DNA of 63,998 bases, counting the filler, from Diploschistes diacapsis (Eukaryota): assembly GCA_023645945.1 (NCBI GenBank). It is 10 parts of 10 records of this genome, joined end to end, with 100 filler letters (N's around TTAATTAATTAA, not from the genome) between each part and the next. Parts side by side here need not be neighbours in the genome. Positions count along the whole stretch, not along the records: positions 60,579 to 63,998 come from JALAIB010001921.1; 9 more parts are not named here. One strand, written 5' to 3'. The notes beneath the pieces are model-generated. The model was not told the DNA's origin. It did not search any database and saw nothing but the letters and a program-made list of their open reading frames with translations. The translations under genes were made by a program, and so were the position numbers. How positions within the stretch are numbered: the first letter of the stretch is position 1; the number at the start of each line of letters is the position of its first letter. This document shows positions 63,864 to 63,998 of the stretch, piece after piece.

Positions 63864-63998
63864 GCCTATCAAGCTTGGCACCTGAAGATCACAGCGTCGT
63901 ACGGCCTCATAAGCAGCGGCAGCGGGCTTTAGAGGGTGTTTTTTTGGGAATTGGGGGAAAGCCTGGATGGATGCGTCTCTGGCTGGTATGGAAAAGGC

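Overview
Filamentous ascomycete (Pezizomycotina) genomic DNA with spliceosomal introns, a dispersed 5S rRNA gene and RIP-like transition damage. It is not one locus. Ten contigs are joined by artificial N44-TTAATTAATTAA-N44 linkers, and most are about 4.1 kb in descending size order, so adjacency across gaps is uninformative. Core genes: a mitochondrial PPR protein, LSM4, methylcrotonyl-CoA carboxylase beta, RSR1/Krev-1, a Rad53/Chk2-like FHA-kinase-FHA, PEX6, a PHO84-like transporter, CutC and HDA1/Clr3. Mobile DNA: Fot1/pogo-type MITEs, a mimp-like MITE, hAT termini and a transposase relic, a complete 1.8-kb non-autonomous LTR element, and a tRNA-derived SINE-like repeat. Two best candidates for something new. 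(1) A compact three-gene unit at 9.0-12.6 kb: a hidden 75-aa spliced SH3/Tudor-like protein, a kinase with an NLR-like helical N-terminus, and a convergent ribokinase-family gene. (2) A divergent pair at 48.4-51.5 kb: a 6-phosphogluconate-dehydrogenase paralog that has lost phosphate-binding residues and the NADP motif, plus a QutC-like TIM-barrel enzyme. All assignments come from reading motifs by eye; no database searches were run.
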